From an uncultured Nitrososphaerota archaeon (GTDB lineage: Archaea; Thermoproteota; Nitrososphaeria; Nitrososphaerales; Gagatemarchaeaceae): a DNA stretch of 64,000 nt. A program made the position numbers and the translations under genes. Each line of letters opens with the position of its first letter. The stretch's first letter is position 1. The stretch is taken from NCBI GenBank assembly GCA_963703285.1, contig OY969807.1, positions 2,188,124 through 2,252,123 on the forward strand, read 5' to 3'. Positions 48,866 to 59,391 of this stretch are shown in pieces. The notes beneath the pieces are model-generated. The model worked only from the letters and a program-made list of their open reading frames with translations. It was not told where the DNA came from and made no database searches.

Positions 48866-49014
48866 TTGACCGCCCGCAATCTTCGTGATAATGAACGCTT
48901 CGGAGCAAGGGTCCTCGGGCGAGCCGGCGGAACGCACACTTTCAACCATCCCTCCTAGGCCCACCCGGGGCAAGAGGGGCTACCGCTATAGGCCGGACTG
49001 ACCGAGTCCCGGGT

Positions 49015-50320
49015 GTGACGCGGGTCGTTGTCGCCGGCGGTGGCCCCCGCCGGGGTCGCGGCGGCGCTGGCGGCCAGCAGCATGGGCGCTCGAGTGACGC
49101 TGGCCGAAGCGTCCGGCCGCATATCCCCTGACCGGAGCCTGCTGCCGGGGCTCCTCTCAGGCTCGACGCCACCTGACGAGCTATACGACACCACCCTCGA
49201 CTACCTGACGGGACTCGGGGTAGACGCGAGGCTCGAAGAACCAGTCCTCTCCGTCGAAGCGGGTGGCAGGTTCGTACGGTCGAGAAACGGCAGGATTGAC
49301 TTCGACTCCCTGGTACTGGCGACAGGTTCCGTCCCGAACCCCGTCGATCTAAGGGGTGTCTCGAAACCGGGGGTCTTCATCATGAGGTCGGCGGGCGACT
49401 ACCTGGCACTCTCGGCAGCGCTGCGGCGTTGTGCCCGGGTGGTCCTCGCCGGCCCCCTCCCGTTCTCGCTCGTCCTCGCCCAGGAGATCGCACGCACCTC
49501 AGCCGTCTCCGTCTTCTTGGGCGACATCGCCCCGTCGAGGTTCGCGCGTCGCACCATCGGAGCCATAGCCGAGGCAGCGTCGTCCCGCGGCGTTAGGCTC
49601 CTACAACACCCCATCGAAGCGATTGTCGGAGTCGGACGGGCGGAGGCCGTCGTATCGAGGAGGTCAGTGCATCCCTGCGATGCTGCCGTCGTGCTACCGT
49701 CCTACAGGCCCTTTCTCCCGGAGGTCGATTGCTCCAGGGGGGACCAGGGGGGAGCGATCGTCGACGAGGCGATGCGGACGTCGTTCAGGAGCGTCTACGC
49801 GGCCGGGGAGTGCGCCGAGGCGAGGTGCGGGTCTGGGTCCCTCCCCACGAGGCTACGATCCTCGTCGCTCGTCATGGGAGGGGTCGCCGGCACTAACGCT
49901 TCAGGGGGGATCGCCAGGGTGTCGGTCTCCAGGTGCATGGCCGTCGAGCTGTTCGGTGTCGAGCTCTGCGCGGCCGGGATCGACGCTGAAGGTGCCAGGA
50001 GGTTGGGACTGGATGCCGAAGAGTTCGAGACCGACCAGGACGAGGGCGGTCTCTTTGTCTCGCTCGCCTACGACAGGGCCTCCCTCCGGCTCTGCGGCCT
50101 GCAGATCGTTGGAAGGGGCGCCACCCTCCTCTCGGAGTTCGTCTCGCTCGCGGTCTCCACGGGGCGCACCCTCGAGGACCTCGCCCGCAACGAGTCCCCC
50201 CACATCCCGCGGTCCCGCCGGGGCTCCTCTCCAATAGCCTTAACAGCAAGCAGAGCGCTCGCCAGGGCTCGAGGCTACACCATTGGCGAATCGCAAGGTA
50301 CTGATCTGCGACACGGTTGA
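49015..50320 (+). CDS. FAD-dependent pyridine nucleotide-disulfide oxidoreductase-like protein, divergent; frameshift in C-run 49044-49048
   Basis: MTRVVVAGGGPAG after correction, LATGS, VYAAGECA, C-terminal dimerisation-like region. Confidence 0.8.
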
Positions 50321-51203
50321 CGTGGCCTCCCTTGCGCTTCCAGCGGATTTCGAGGTCGACTACGTTCCCGGGATAACGCCCGAGGAACTCCTCCAGAGGG
50401 TCGCGGAATACGACGTCGTCGTAGTGAGGAGCAGGACGAAGATCGACTCCACAGTAATCGAGAGGGCCGCGAAACTCAAGCTCATCGCCAGACCGGGGAC
50501 GGGCCTCGACAACATCGACATCCGCGCCGCCAACGCCAGAGGAATCGAGGTCGTCAACAGCCCAGAGGCCCTCGTGGAGGCGGTCGCCGAAGATGTGGTC
50601 GGATTGATGCTCGCGCTGGCGAGAAAGACCCCGGCGGCCGACGCATCCACCCGATCGGGGCTCTGGGAGAAGGAAAGGTTCGTCGGGGTCGAGCTCCGGG
50701 GGAGGACCATCGGGATAGCGGGGTTGGGAAGGATAGGGAGGCGAGTCGGCGAGATAGCCAAGGTCCTCGGGATGACCGTCATGGGCTACGACATCATAGA
50801 GATCAGCAGGGATGTCCTCTCGTCCATCGGCTGCACCATGGTCGACCTCGACACGCTCTTCGCCTCCTCCGACTTCGTCACGCTCCACGTGCCCCTGACT
50901 CCGGAGACGCGCAACCTCGTCGACTCCCGGCGTCTCGCGCTGATGAAGAAGAGCGCCTTTCTGATCAACGCGTCCCGCGGGGAGGTCATAGACGAGGCGG
51001 CCCTCACCCTGGCGCTAGCCAGCGGCACGATTGCGGGCGCCGCCCTCGATGTTTTCGAGAAGGAGCCCCCCGGCGCCAAACTCCTGGCCTCGCCCAACCT
51101 CATAGCGACGCCCCACATCGCCGGGCAGACGGCGGAGGCTCAGAGGATGGCGATAACCGTTACCGGGTCGAAGATAGTCCAGTTCTTCCAGCCGAAGAGT
51201 TAG
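50283..51203 (+). CDS. serA: D-3-phosphoglycerate dehydrogenase (D-2-hydroxyacid dehydrogenase family)
   Basis: VRSRTK, GLDNID, GLGRIG, INASRG, TPHIAG. Confidence 0.85.
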   Translation: MANRKVLICDTVDVASLALPADFEVDYVPGITPEELLQRVAEYDVVVVRSRTKIDSTVIERAAKLKLIARPGTGLDNIDIRAANARGIEVVNSPEALVEAVAEDVVGLMLALARKTPAADASTRSGLWEKERFVGVELRGRTIGIAGLGRIGRRVGEIAKVLGMTVMGYDIIEISRDVLSSIGCTMVDLDTLFASSDFVTLHVPLTPETRNLVDSRRLALMKKSAFLINASRGEVIDEAALTLALASGTIAGAALDVFEKEPPGAKLLASPNLIATPHIAGQTAEAQRMAITVTGSKIVQFFQPKS

Positions 51204-51292
51204 GCGTTCGTCTGGCTCCTCGGGCCTATGGCTTGCCGGGCCCCGCCAGAGAAGATTTATCTGCTCCTCCCGAAACGGGCCACCGTCTTACG

Positions 51293-51745
51293 TTGTACTC
51301 TGAGATCGGAAAAACCTGGCAGAGGGTCTTTCACGAGAAGGCGGGAGACATCTCGTCCAGGGCGGTCCTCCTGAGAAAGGGACCAACCATCGAGAGGCTC
51401 GAGAGGCCGTCGAGGCTGGACCGCGCAAGGATGCTCGGTTACAAGGCGAAGGATGGCGTCGTCGTCGTGAGGATAAAGGTCTCGAGGGGGGGCATGAGGA
51501 GGAAGAGGCCGACCTCGGGCCGCAGGCCGAAGCACCTCGGCGTGCTGAGGATGAAGTCGGACGAACCTACTCAGGGGGTCGCAGAGAGGAGGGTCCGCGA
51601 GAAGTTTCCGAACCTGAGGATGCTGGGGTCCTACATATTCTACAAGGACGGGAAGCACGCCTGGTACGAGTGCGTCCTCATCGACCCGAACAACCCGTCG
51701 ATATCGAAGGACTACAACTACAGGCGGGCCCTGGGCCTGAACTAG
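51293..51745 (+). CDS. rpl15e: 50S ribosomal protein L15e
   Basis: RLDRARMLGYKAK, GRRPK, KWYE-like HAWYECVLIDP. Confidence 0.93.
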   Translation: MYSEIGKTWQRVFHEKAGDISSRAVLLRKGPTIERLERPSRLDRARMLGYKAKDGVVVVRIKVSRGGMRRKRPTSGRRPKHLGVLRMKSDEPTQGVAERRVREKFPNLRMLGSYIFYKDGKHAWYECVLIDPNNPSISKDYNYRRALGLN

Positions 51746-52743
51746 ACCTTCATCTCACTGCTGTGCCCAGGGAAGATCCTCGACTTCGGGTCGATGTAGT
51801 TCTTTGCGACGTTGACCGCGACAGCAGCCTGCGCGAAGCCAACGGCTATGAGGTTGAGCTTCACTGTACCATCGGGCGCGGCGATGTCACCCGCCACGAA
51901 GACCCCTGGTATGTTCGTCTCCATCCTGCCGGTGGCGGCTATCTCCCGCCCCGTGATCTTGAGACCCCAGTCCTTGATGGGCCCGATGTCCGCCCTGAAC
52001 CCGATGTTGACCAGGATGGCGTCCACATCTATACGCGTCTCGCTCTTTCCCTTGCTGTCGTAGAGGACCGCGCCCGTGACCTTCTCTCCGTCCCCGATTA
52101 CCTCCTTCAGCTCGTGGAACAGCCTGACCTCCACCCCGCACCTCATCAGCTCCGCGACGCTCTCTTCGTGGGCCCTGAAGACGTCCCTCCTGTGGATGAG
52201 GGTGATCTTCTCGGACCAGCCATTGAGATTGAGTGCCCAGTCGACCGCCGAGTCCCCCCCGCCGACTATCAGGATGCGCCTTCCCTTCATCAGGCTCCTG
52301 TCCCTGAGGAAGTAGTACAGGCCCCTCCCCTCGTAGGCGACGGCACCCACCGACTCGGTCCTGTTCGGCGAGAAGGCGCCGACGCCCGCGGCGACGAGGA
52401 CGGCCTTGGAGAGGTGCTGGTTTCCCTTGGCCGAGTCGAGGCGAATGAGGCCACCTTCGACCGCCCTTATCGAGACTATCCTCTCTCCCAGGACCACCGT
52501 CGGGTTGAACTTCAGCGCCTGCTCGACCATCCCCGTGACTAGCTCCTTCCCCATGACCTTGGCGAACCCCCCCACGTCGTAGATGTTCTTCTCCGGATAG
52601 AGGACCTCCACCTGACCGCCGAGCTCCTCGAGGGCGTCTATCATCTTGGTCTTCATCTGCCGCAGACCGGCGTAGAAGGACGCGAAGAGCCCAGTGGGGC
52701 CGCCACCAATGATGGTGATGTCGTAAACGTCCCTCTCTGCCAT
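51742..52743 (-). CDS. Ferredoxin--NADP+ reductase, TrxR-like YumC type
   Basis: GGGPTGLFASFYAG, LYPEKNIYDVGG, GGGDSAVDWAL, PGHSS; no CxxC. Confidence 0.85.
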   Translation of the reverse strand: MAERDVYDITIIGGGPTGLFASFYAGLRQMKTKMIDALEELGGQVEVLYPEKNIYDVGGFAKVMGKELVTGMVEQALKFNPTVVLGERIVSIRAVEGGLIRLDSAKGNQHLSKAVLVAAGVGAFSPNRTESVGAVAYEGRGLYYFLRDRSLMKGRRILIVGGGDSAVDWALNLNGWSEKITLIHRRDVFRAHEESVAELMRCGVEVRLFHELKEVIGDGEKVTGAVLYDSKGKSETRIDVDAILVNIGFRADIGPIKDWGLKITGREIAATGRMETNIPGVFVAGDIAAPDGTVKLNLIAVGFAQAAVAVNVAKNYIDPKSRIFPGHSSEMKV

Positions 52744-52791
52744 CGTCCCCAAATTCGGGCGTTTCTTGATGCGATATAAACGGATTGGGAA

Positions 52792-54057
52792 TCAGAAGCC
52801 AGTCTCTAGGGGGTCCTCGGGCTTCAGAATCTCTCTCAGGAGGGTGGTGGCGTACTCGCCCTTGCCGAGGCTGAAGGAGAGCGCCGTCCAGCCCTGACCC
52901 GATTCCTGAGTCGCGTCCGCCGCGAGGAGGGGCGCGTGCCGGAAGCCTCCTTCGCTGCTCAGCTCCTCTGCCTCCTTGATGTAGAACTCACGGGGAGCGA
53001 CAGACTCCTCCTCGAGGACCCTCATCATCAGGACGTCGAACCTGGACCCATAGTTCCTGAAGCCGTAGCCGACCAGTTGTATCAGGGGTATCGCCCCGGG
53101 CGATGGCTGCTCCTTCACCCCGTGTGTCTGGCCCGACCTGAGCAGGTCGGTGGTGACGGCAGCCCAGTTGTCCCCCTGCTCGGGGCGCGAGATGTCGAGC
53201 CCGCCCTCCAGACAGTCGCTGAGCGTCCGGTTGAAGATGTACGACTGGTATGCGTGGACGAAGAGCCTCCTGGGGACAATCGGGATCCTCCTGAGCGCCC
53301 CCAGGTAGTCGTCGGGCCTGTCCGCTAGGCGGGCCGCCACGCTCCTCTCGATGTCCTGGCCGGGCGAGAAGAGCGCCCTCGACTCGCGGTAGCGCCCCTC
53401 CCTGGCAAGCCTCCTCGCCTCCTTCGCCGCCTGGCTCTCCCCCTCCCTGGGCTCCCCGAGGATTGTCTGGACGGCACCCCGGAAGTCACGGCGGAAGATC
53501 GCCCTGCCGACTCTGTGGTTGATCATCCCCCTGAGGCCGAACCGCTGGTATCCGAAGAAGTTGGGCATCCGCCTCTCGAGACAGGCCTGGTAAGCGGCCG
53601 CGACCGAGCCTGCGATTTCCTCACCTGTCCTCACGACGATCCTGAAGCGGTTTCCGGACATCATTCCCCTGCTTATCGGTCTCGGGAGGTATCCTATCCT
53701 CTCGGCGTGGAACAGCCTTCCGCTGACCTTCGGCGGGTCGTCCGCCCTGCTGCTCCTGGCGCTGGCGTACTGCACCGTGATGGCGTTGCTGTCCTTGAGG
53801 CCCGCGAAGTTCACCTTGCTCCTGAGGCTCGATGCGAGTTCCTCCGCGGCGTGAGGCGTGTCGATACCGTTCTTTGTCACGATGTAGAGGGGGACGTACC
53901 CGCTCTTCCTCTCGGGCTCGACGAGTCCGGGGTCGAGAATCTCGCTGACCTGGAAGTCCTCCCTGGCGACCCTCAGCCTTCCCAAGTGCCTCGGGGTGTC
54001 AGTGGCGTATACGGTCATCCCCGAGGCGAGGTCCGGCGCGGGTGGCCGAAGGTTCAT
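52792..54057 (-). CDS. truD: tRNA pseudouridine(13) synthase
   Basis: EDFQVSE, AGLKD, GNRFRI, PNFFGYQRFG, GEYATTLLRE. Confidence 0.93.
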   Translation of the reverse strand: MNLRPPAPDLASGMTVYATDTPRHLGRLRVAREDFQVSEILDPGLVEPERKSGYVPLYIVTKNGIDTPHAAEELASSLRSKVNFAGLKDSNAITVQYASARSSRADDPPKVSGRLFHAERIGYLPRPISRGMMSGNRFRIVVRTGEEIAGSVAAAYQACLERRMPNFFGYQRFGLRGMINHRVGRAIFRRDFRGAVQTILGEPREGESQAAKEARRLAREGRYRESRALFSPGQDIERSVAARLADRPDDYLGALRRIPIVPRRLFVHAYQSYIFNRTLSDCLEGGLDISRPEQGDNWAAVTTDLLRSGQTHGVKEQPSPGAIPLIQLVGYGFRNYGSRFDVLMMRVLEEESVAPREFYIKEAEELSSEGGFRHAPLLAADATQESGQGWTALSFSLGKGEYATTLLREILKPEDPLETGF

Positions 54058-54410
54058 AGAAGCTTGAGCTTTCCTGTCACCGCGTCGATGAGCTCCGCCG
54101 GGGCCGGTCCGACCCCGAGGCAGGTGACCGTCCCGGGCTCGAGCTGCGTCCGCCCCGCGTCCTGAATCAGCGATGAGGGCAGACCCATCGACCTCGCCTT
54201 CCTGAAGAGCTCCTGCAGCTCCCCCTCGCCGGCTGCCTTGACGACGACCTTCGCCCCTCCCTGCTCCTTCCACTCCGGGTACCAGGAATGGCGCATCCCC
54301 CTGCTCTCCTCAGCGGCCGCCAGGGCCGCATGGGCGACCTGCGCCGCGAGCTTCCCCTTGCCCATCTTCAGGTCCGTCCTCACGATTATCACCTGCTTGA
54401 TCTCGGCCAT
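54054..54410 (-). CDS. pth2: Peptidyl-tRNA hydrolase Pth2
   Basis: VRTDLKMGKGKLAAQVAHA, DAGRTQ, GVGP. Confidence 0.95.
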   Translation of the reverse strand: MAEIKQVIIVRTDLKMGKGKLAAQVAHAALAAAEESRGMRHSWYPEWKEQGGAKVVVKAAGEGELQELFRKARSMGLPSSLIQDAGRTQLEPGTVTCLGVGPAPAELIDAVTGKLKLL

Positions 54411-54469
54411 CGTGCTTCCCGGTTCGTTGCAAGGGTTATAGCGGAACGGGTTAAGGCTTTACCCGGGAA

Positions 54470-55624
54470 TTGACCTCTGACTACGACGTCGTCGTGGGGG
54501 GCGGGAGCGTCGGCGGCCTATCCTTCGCCGTCGGAGCAGCCTCGAGGGGCCTGAAGGTCCTGGTCCTCGAGGAGGATGCCGAGATAGGCGAGCCAGAGAA
54601 GTGCGACGGTCTGGTCTCGCTGAGGGCGATGGGGAGGTACATACCACCCGAGGAAGGATGCATCCAGAGCCGCGTGAAGTCGGGGGTCATCCACTCGCCC
54701 GCCGGACTGGCGGCCTCGCTCGACGCCTCCAGGTTCGAGGTCGTCGTGATCGACCGGAGCGCCTACGAGAAGCAGCTCGCCTCGATGGCCGCTTCAGCCG
54801 GTGCCCGCGTGGAGACGGCCGTTCGCGTCGAGGGCGTGGCCCAGACCGACGGGCACGTCAGGGTCGCTGCGGGCGGGACCTATCGCTGCTCCTACTACGT
54901 CGATGCCACCGGTCCCTCGGGGATACTGAGGCGGAACAGGCTCCGCCTGATGCCGGCGGCGAAGTACGAGGTGAAGGGCGACTGGTTCACTGAGGGGAGG
55001 GTCGAGGTCTTCATGGACCAGGACAGGTATCCAGGGTTCTTCGCATGGGTGATACCGCGCGGCGGGGGGATTGCCAAGGTCGGCGCAGCCGGCTTCGGGA
55101 TAAACAGCTTCAAGACGCTGGACGCGTTTCTCGACGGCAGGTCCTCAGAGGTCCTGACCAAGGTCGCCGCTCCTATCTACGTGGGAGGCCCCGTGGACCG
55201 CTTCTCTTCTGGCCGGACGGTCCTGGTCGGAGAGTCCGCCGGCCAGGTGAAGCCGACCACCGCCGGGGGCATCCTCGGCTCGGTCGCTGGAGGGGCCATG
55301 GCCGCCAGGTGGGTCGCGGATGCTGTCTCGAGCGAGGACCAGTCGCTCCTGGAGAACTATCGGCGAGATTGGCTTCAGGAGTTCGGGGACGAGTTCAAGA
55401 CGATGGAGCGACTCAGACGCCTGTACGAGGGTCTCACCAACGGCGACATTGACAAGATCGTCTCCGCCATCGGCTCGAAGAGCGTCTCTGAGAAGCTCTC
55501 TGCTACCGACTTCGACTTCCACGCCACGGCGCTCCTATCGGCCCTGGGAACAAGACAGACCCTGAAGCTCGCGGGCGTCCTCTTCTCCGCGGAGGCCAGG
55601 CAGGTCCTCTCCTCCCTCGCCTAG
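54470..55624 (+). CDS. Geranylgeranyl reductase family flavoprotein
   Basis: GGSVGG, PEKCDG, PGFFAWVIP, GESAGQVKPTTAGGI. Confidence 0.88.
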   Translation: MTSDYDVVVGGGSVGGLSFAVGAASRGLKVLVLEEDAEIGEPEKCDGLVSLRAMGRYIPPEEGCIQSRVKSGVIHSPAGLAASLDASRFEVVVIDRSAYEKQLASMAASAGARVETAVRVEGVAQTDGHVRVAAGGTYRCSYYVDATGPSGILRRNRLRLMPAAKYEVKGDWFTEGRVEVFMDQDRYPGFFAWVIPRGGGIAKVGAAGFGINSFKTLDAFLDGRSSEVLTKVAAPIYVGGPVDRFSSGRTVLVGESAGQVKPTTAGGILGSVAGGAMAARWVADAVSSEDQSLLENYRRDWLQEFGDEFKTMERLRRLYEGLTNGDIDKIVSAIGSKSVSEKLSATDFDFHATALLSALGTRQTLKLAGVLFSAEARQVLSSLA

Positions 55625-55659
55625 GAGCCGACCGGCGATATCCACTCAGCAAGGTATAT

Positions 55660-55869
55660 GTGATAGTCCCGGAGAGGCCTGGCAGTTTGTCGCAGAAGAG
55701 CATCACACTCCCGACCTGCACCTCTTGCAACAGGCCGATAATGCCCCGCGAGAAGGCGTCCAGGTTCTATTGCCCGAACTGCCACCAGGTCTTCATCTGG
55801 CGGTGCGAGAGGTGCAGGAAGTTCTCAAGGAAGTACAAGTGCATAAACTGCAGCTTCGAAGGACCATAG
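55660..55869 (+). CDS. Zn-ribbon RNA-binding protein (DUF1610/HVO_2753-like)
   Basis: CTSC, FYCPNC, RCERCR, YKCINCSFEGP; precedes EF-1beta. Confidence 0.88.
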   Translation: MIVPERPGSLSQKSITLPTCTSCNRPIMPREKASRFYCPNCHQVFIWRCERCRKFSRKYKCINCSFEGP

Positions 55870-55880
55870 TGAGCCCGAGC

Positions 55881-56168
55881 ATGGGTTCCTATCTGGTCCG
55901 AATCAAGGTCCTCCCGACCGGTCCCGAGGTTCCCTCACAGCAGCTCCTGGAGTCCATCAAGGACCATCTCGAGGATGGGATGGTCCTGAAGAACAGCAAG
56001 GAGGAGCCCATTGCGTTCGGTCTCTACTCCGTGACGGTCGACATCGTGGTTCCAGAGGTGGAGGGCATGATCGACAGGGTCGAGCGGGTGGTCGCTACAG
56101 CGCCCCTGGTGGCGCAGTCCGAGCTGATTGGAGCGAGCCGACTCTCCAGCCAGCTCAAGAACCTGTGA
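55881..56168 (+). CDS. ef1b: Elongation factor 1-beta
   Basis: IKVLPTG, EEPIAFGL. Confidence 0.9.
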   Translation: MGSYLVRIKVLPTGPEVPSQQLLESIKDHLEDGMVLKNSKEEPIAFGLYSVTVDIVVPEVEGMIDRVERVVATAPLVAQSELIGASRLSSQLKNL

Positions 56169-56228
56169 TTCGAATGTTTAATACGAGCCAAGGGCGGGGT
56201 CGTCCATCCTCGCCGGACTGAAGAAGCA

Positions 56229-56468
56229 TTGAAACCCCCTCTCCGCTATCAGGTACTCGAATTCGTCAAGGAGAAGAAGGCTGTGACCGACGACGAGATC
56301 ATGGACTTTCTGAAGAAGTCGGACACCTACTCCATCCACGAGCTCAACAAGTGCCTTATGGACCTCGAGATACTCGGAGTCGTCTCCATAAGGTGGATCG
56401 CGAAGGAGAAGAGGAGAGTCGAGTTCGTCGAAACGCCCCTCGAGACCACTCGCTACGGCGAAGGTTAA
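56229..56468 (+). CDS. Small winged-helix hypothetical protein
   Basis: ELNKCLMDLEILGVVSIRW. Confidence 0.7.
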   Translation: MKPPLRYQVLEFVKEKKAVTDDEIMDFLKKSDTYSIHELNKCLMDLEILGVVSIRWIAKEKRRVEFVETPLETTRYGEG

Positions 56469-56498
56469 TTATTCTCACGACCCGGGACGGGCCACGAC

Positions 56499-57524
56499 AT
56501 GGGCGTAGACTTCGGCGACGTAATCCCCAGGAGGAGGGTCGAGCTGACCAGCCTGTCAAACAAGAAGCTGGCGGTTGACGCCTACAACACCCTCTATCAG
56601 TTCCTCGCCATAATCAGGGGGGTCGGCGGGGACCACCTCAAGGACTCCAGTGGTCGCGTCACGAGCCACCTCAGCGGTCTCTTCTATCGGAGCGTCAACC
56701 TCATGGAGCTCAACATAAAGCTAGTCTACGTCTTCGACGGCGCGCCCCCCGAACTGAAGAGCGAGGAGATAAGGCGGAGGCGCGTCGTCCGCGAGGAGGC
56801 GGGCCGGCGGTACGTGGAGGCGGTCGCGGCAGGGGACGTCGAGGGCGCGAGGAAGTACGCCGAGGCCTCGACCTCCATCAGGGGGGACATGATATCAGAC
56901 TCGAAGCGCCTGCTCGACGCGATGGGCATACCGTGGGTAGATGCGCCCTCCGAGGGCGAGGCGCAGGCCTCCGTGATGGCCTCCGAAGGGACGGTCGACG
57001 GCGTCGCCTCGCAGGACCACGACTCGCTCCTCTTCGGCGCGCCCCTTCTGGTGAGGAACGTGACGATCTCAGGAAGGCGGCGTCTTCCGAGCAAGAACGT
57101 CTTCATCGACGTCGAGCCAGAGACGATCAGTCTGGCCGAGACCCTCTCCCAGCTCCAGCTCAGCCGCGAGCAACTAGTCGACCTGGGCATCCTCGTGGGT
57201 ACCGACTTCAACCCCGACGGCTTCAAGGGGATAGGTCCGGCCCGGGCACTCAAGCTCCTCAGGACCTACGGGACGCTCGAGAGAATCGAGCCGCTGAAGG
57301 AAGAGCTCGAGAAGGTCGACTATCCGGCCATCAGGAAGCTATTCCTCTTTCCGCCGGCGGACCCCGGGGTCCAGCCCGTCTGGAAGGATTTCAAGGCCGA
57401 CGCCGTAAGGGCGTTCCTGGTAGACGAGCACTCGTTCTCCGCCGAGAGGGTCGATGCGGCCGCGAAGAGGATTCAGGGCGCCGAGAGCTCCAAGAACGAG
57501 TCCCTGGAGAAGTGGTTCGGCTAG
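56499..57524 (+). CDS. fen: Flap endonuclease 1
   Basis: MGVD, DAYNTLYQFL, VFDG, APSEGEAQA, SQDHD, GTDFN, C-terminal PIP-like box. Confidence 0.96.
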   Translation: MGVDFGDVIPRRRVELTSLSNKKLAVDAYNTLYQFLAIIRGVGGDHLKDSSGRVTSHLSGLFYRSVNLMELNIKLVYVFDGAPPELKSEEIRRRRVVREEAGRRYVEAVAAGDVEGARKYAEASTSIRGDMISDSKRLLDAMGIPWVDAPSEGEAQASVMASEGTVDGVASQDHDSLLFGAPLLVRNVTISGRRRLPSKNVFIDVEPETISLAETLSQLQLSREQLVDLGILVGTDFNPDGFKGIGPARALKLLRTYGTLERIEPLKEELEKVDYPAIRKLFLFPPADPGVQPVWKDFKADAVRAFLVDEHSFSAERVDAAAKRIQGAESSKNESLEKWFG

Positions 57525-57526
57525 CC

Positions 57527-58132
57527 TCACTCGACCCCAGCGAACTCTCGAATGTCTCTCGCCAGGAGCGTCGGGTTCACTTTCATCTCCTCGCCCAGGG
57601 TCCTGCTACGGACCTCTCCGTAGTCGTGACCGGGGTAGATGACCGTCCCCTTCGGGAGGGCCATCAGGACCTCGTGGAGGCTCCGGAACAGCTCCACGGC
57701 GGAGCCCCCCGGGAGGTCGGTCCTCCCGCAGTTCCCTATGAAGAGCGTGTCCCCGGTGAATACCTCCAGTCCGTCAAAGAGGCAAATGCTGTCCGGCGTG
57801 TGCCCCGGGGTGTGTATGACCCTAACGCTGGTTCCACCAATCCTGAGCACGTCGCCGTCGTTGACGCGAACTTCGGTGGCTAGGTCGGACCTCTCGTGCG
57901 CGACGGTCCGGGCCCCCAGCTTGTTCGCGAGCTCCGGGAGCGTCTCGACGTGGTCGAAGTGCCCGTGGGTCGCGACGGCGTACACGACCTTCATATTCTC
58001 CCTGTGGGCCGCGTCCACGACGGGGCGCGTCTCCCATCCGGAATCTATGGCGATTGCCTCCAGGGACTCCTCCTCCATCAGTAGGTAGTCGAAGTTCCTC
58101 ATCGGCCCGACCGGTATCTGACGGACGATCAC
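57527..58132 (-). CDS. Metallo-beta-lactamase fold hydrolase (glyoxalase II-like)
   Basis: THGHFDH, HTPGHT, FTGDTLF, YPGHDY. Confidence 0.9.
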   Translation of the reverse strand: MIVRQIPVGPMRNFDYLLMEEESLEAIAIDSGWETRPVVDAAHRENMKVVYAVATHGHFDHVETLPELANKLGARTVAHERSDLATEVRVNDGDVLRIGGTSVRVIHTPGHTPDSICLFDGLEVFTGDTLFIGNCGRTDLPGGSAVELFRSLHEVLMALPKGTVIYPGHDYGEVRSRTLGEEMKVNPTLLARDIREFAGVE

Positions 58133-58133
58133 C

Positions 58134-58772
58134 TCAATCGATCCCTATTGAGGCGACGACCACCTCGCCGGTATATTCGCCTTTGCCCGAGAGCCCGACC
58201 TTTGCCCGGTGCAGGGCGATGGTGAGGTCCGCCCGCACCGTGGCCGAGGCCGCTGCCCCAGTCAGGGGGTCAAGCCCAGAAGGGATGTCGACGGCGACCT
58301 TCGGGGCCCTGGACGCGTTCATCATGCCGATGGCGGTCGCCATCGGCTCTCTCACCTCCCCCCTCGCGCCCGTCCCGAGTATGCAGTCCAAGATCACGTC
58401 GGGCCACGCAAACCAATCGCGGTAGCCGAGGAGGGAGACGAGGTCGGGCGCCTCGGCCTTCTGCACCGACGCTTTCAGCCTGCTCCAGTTGGTCGCCGAG
58501 GTCTCCGTCTTTATGCCGGCGGCCCGTCCCAGTAGCAGGGCGCGCACATGCCACCTCCCGCCTAGGAGCCTCGCGGCGACCATCCCGTCTCCCCCGTTGT
58601 TCCCGAGACCGCAGACCACGAGCATCCTTCCGCCGTCGAGGCGCGCGTACCTCTGCTCTAGGACGCGGACTATCGCCGCGCCAGCGTTTTCCATCAACGC
58701 CTGCTCGTCCAGGCCACGGTCGGACGCTCCCGCCTCGACCCTTCGCATCTCCTCGGGCGTGATGTAATCCAC
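58134..58772 (-). CDS. nnrE: NAD(P)H-hydrate epimerase
   Basis: LMENAG, GNNGGDG, DIPSG. Confidence 0.92.
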   Translation of the reverse strand: MDYITPEEMRRVEAGASDRGLDEQALMENAGAAIVRVLEQRYARLDGGRMLVVCGLGNNGGDGMVAARLLGGRWHVRALLLGRAAGIKTETSATNWSRLKASVQKAEAPDLVSLLGYRDWFAWPDVILDCILGTGARGEVREPMATAIGMMNASRAPKVAVDIPSGLDPLTGAAASATVRADLTIALHRAKVGLSGKGEYTGEVVVASIGID

Positions 58773-58830
58773 GACGGGCGGATCGGGAAACTACCTTTAT
58801 CAATCTCTGCTCGGCGCTGCGGACCGACAT

Positions 58831-59331
58831 ATGCCCGAACCCAAGAGACATGGGAAGCCGGTCTCCGAGTCAGCGATCACCACCGTGAGGATTATGATGC
58901 CGATGGACGCGAACATCAGGGGGAACGTCTTCGGCGGTTCCATAATGAAGTACATGGACGAGATAGCCGCTGTCGCGGCCTTCCGGCACGCCAAGAAGAA
59001 CGTCGTGACGGCCTCGATAGACAGGATGAACTTCATAGCACCGGTCTACGTAGGCAACCTGCTCGTGATGAAGGCATCCGTCAACTACGTCGGCAAGACG
59101 TCGATGGAGATCGGTGTCAGGCTTGAGTCTGAGGACCTGATTTCGGGAAAGGCGACTCACGTCGGCTCTTGCTTCCTCACCTACGTGGCGCTGGACGACA
59201 GGGGGAGGCCGACGCCGGTCGAGCCGGTGATACCGGTCACCCCGGACGAGAAGAGGAGGCACCGGGAAGCCCTCACCAGGAGGAAGCTGAGGGAGGTCGA
59301 GAGGGCCGAGATCGACAGGTTGTCACGTTGA
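58831..59331 (+). CDS. Acyl-CoA thioesterase (hotdog fold)
   Basis: DANIRGNVFGG..MDE, VGKTSME. Confidence 0.92.
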   Translation: MPEPKRHGKPVSESAITTVRIMMPMDANIRGNVFGGSIMKYMDEIAAVAAFRHAKKNVVTASIDRMNFIAPVYVGNLLVMKASVNYVGKTSMEIGVRLESEDLISGKATHVGSCFLTYVALDDRGRPTPVEPVIPVTPDEKRRHREALTRRKLREVERAEIDRLSR

Positions 59332-59391
59332 TTAGCGGCTCAACAATTATAGAGCACTCCTCTATTAACCGGGACGCGGATTGATGCTGCG

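Noticed and set aside
49044-49048. Oxidoreductase N-terminal frameshift
   Set aside because: Extra C in a C5 run; probable sequencing error.
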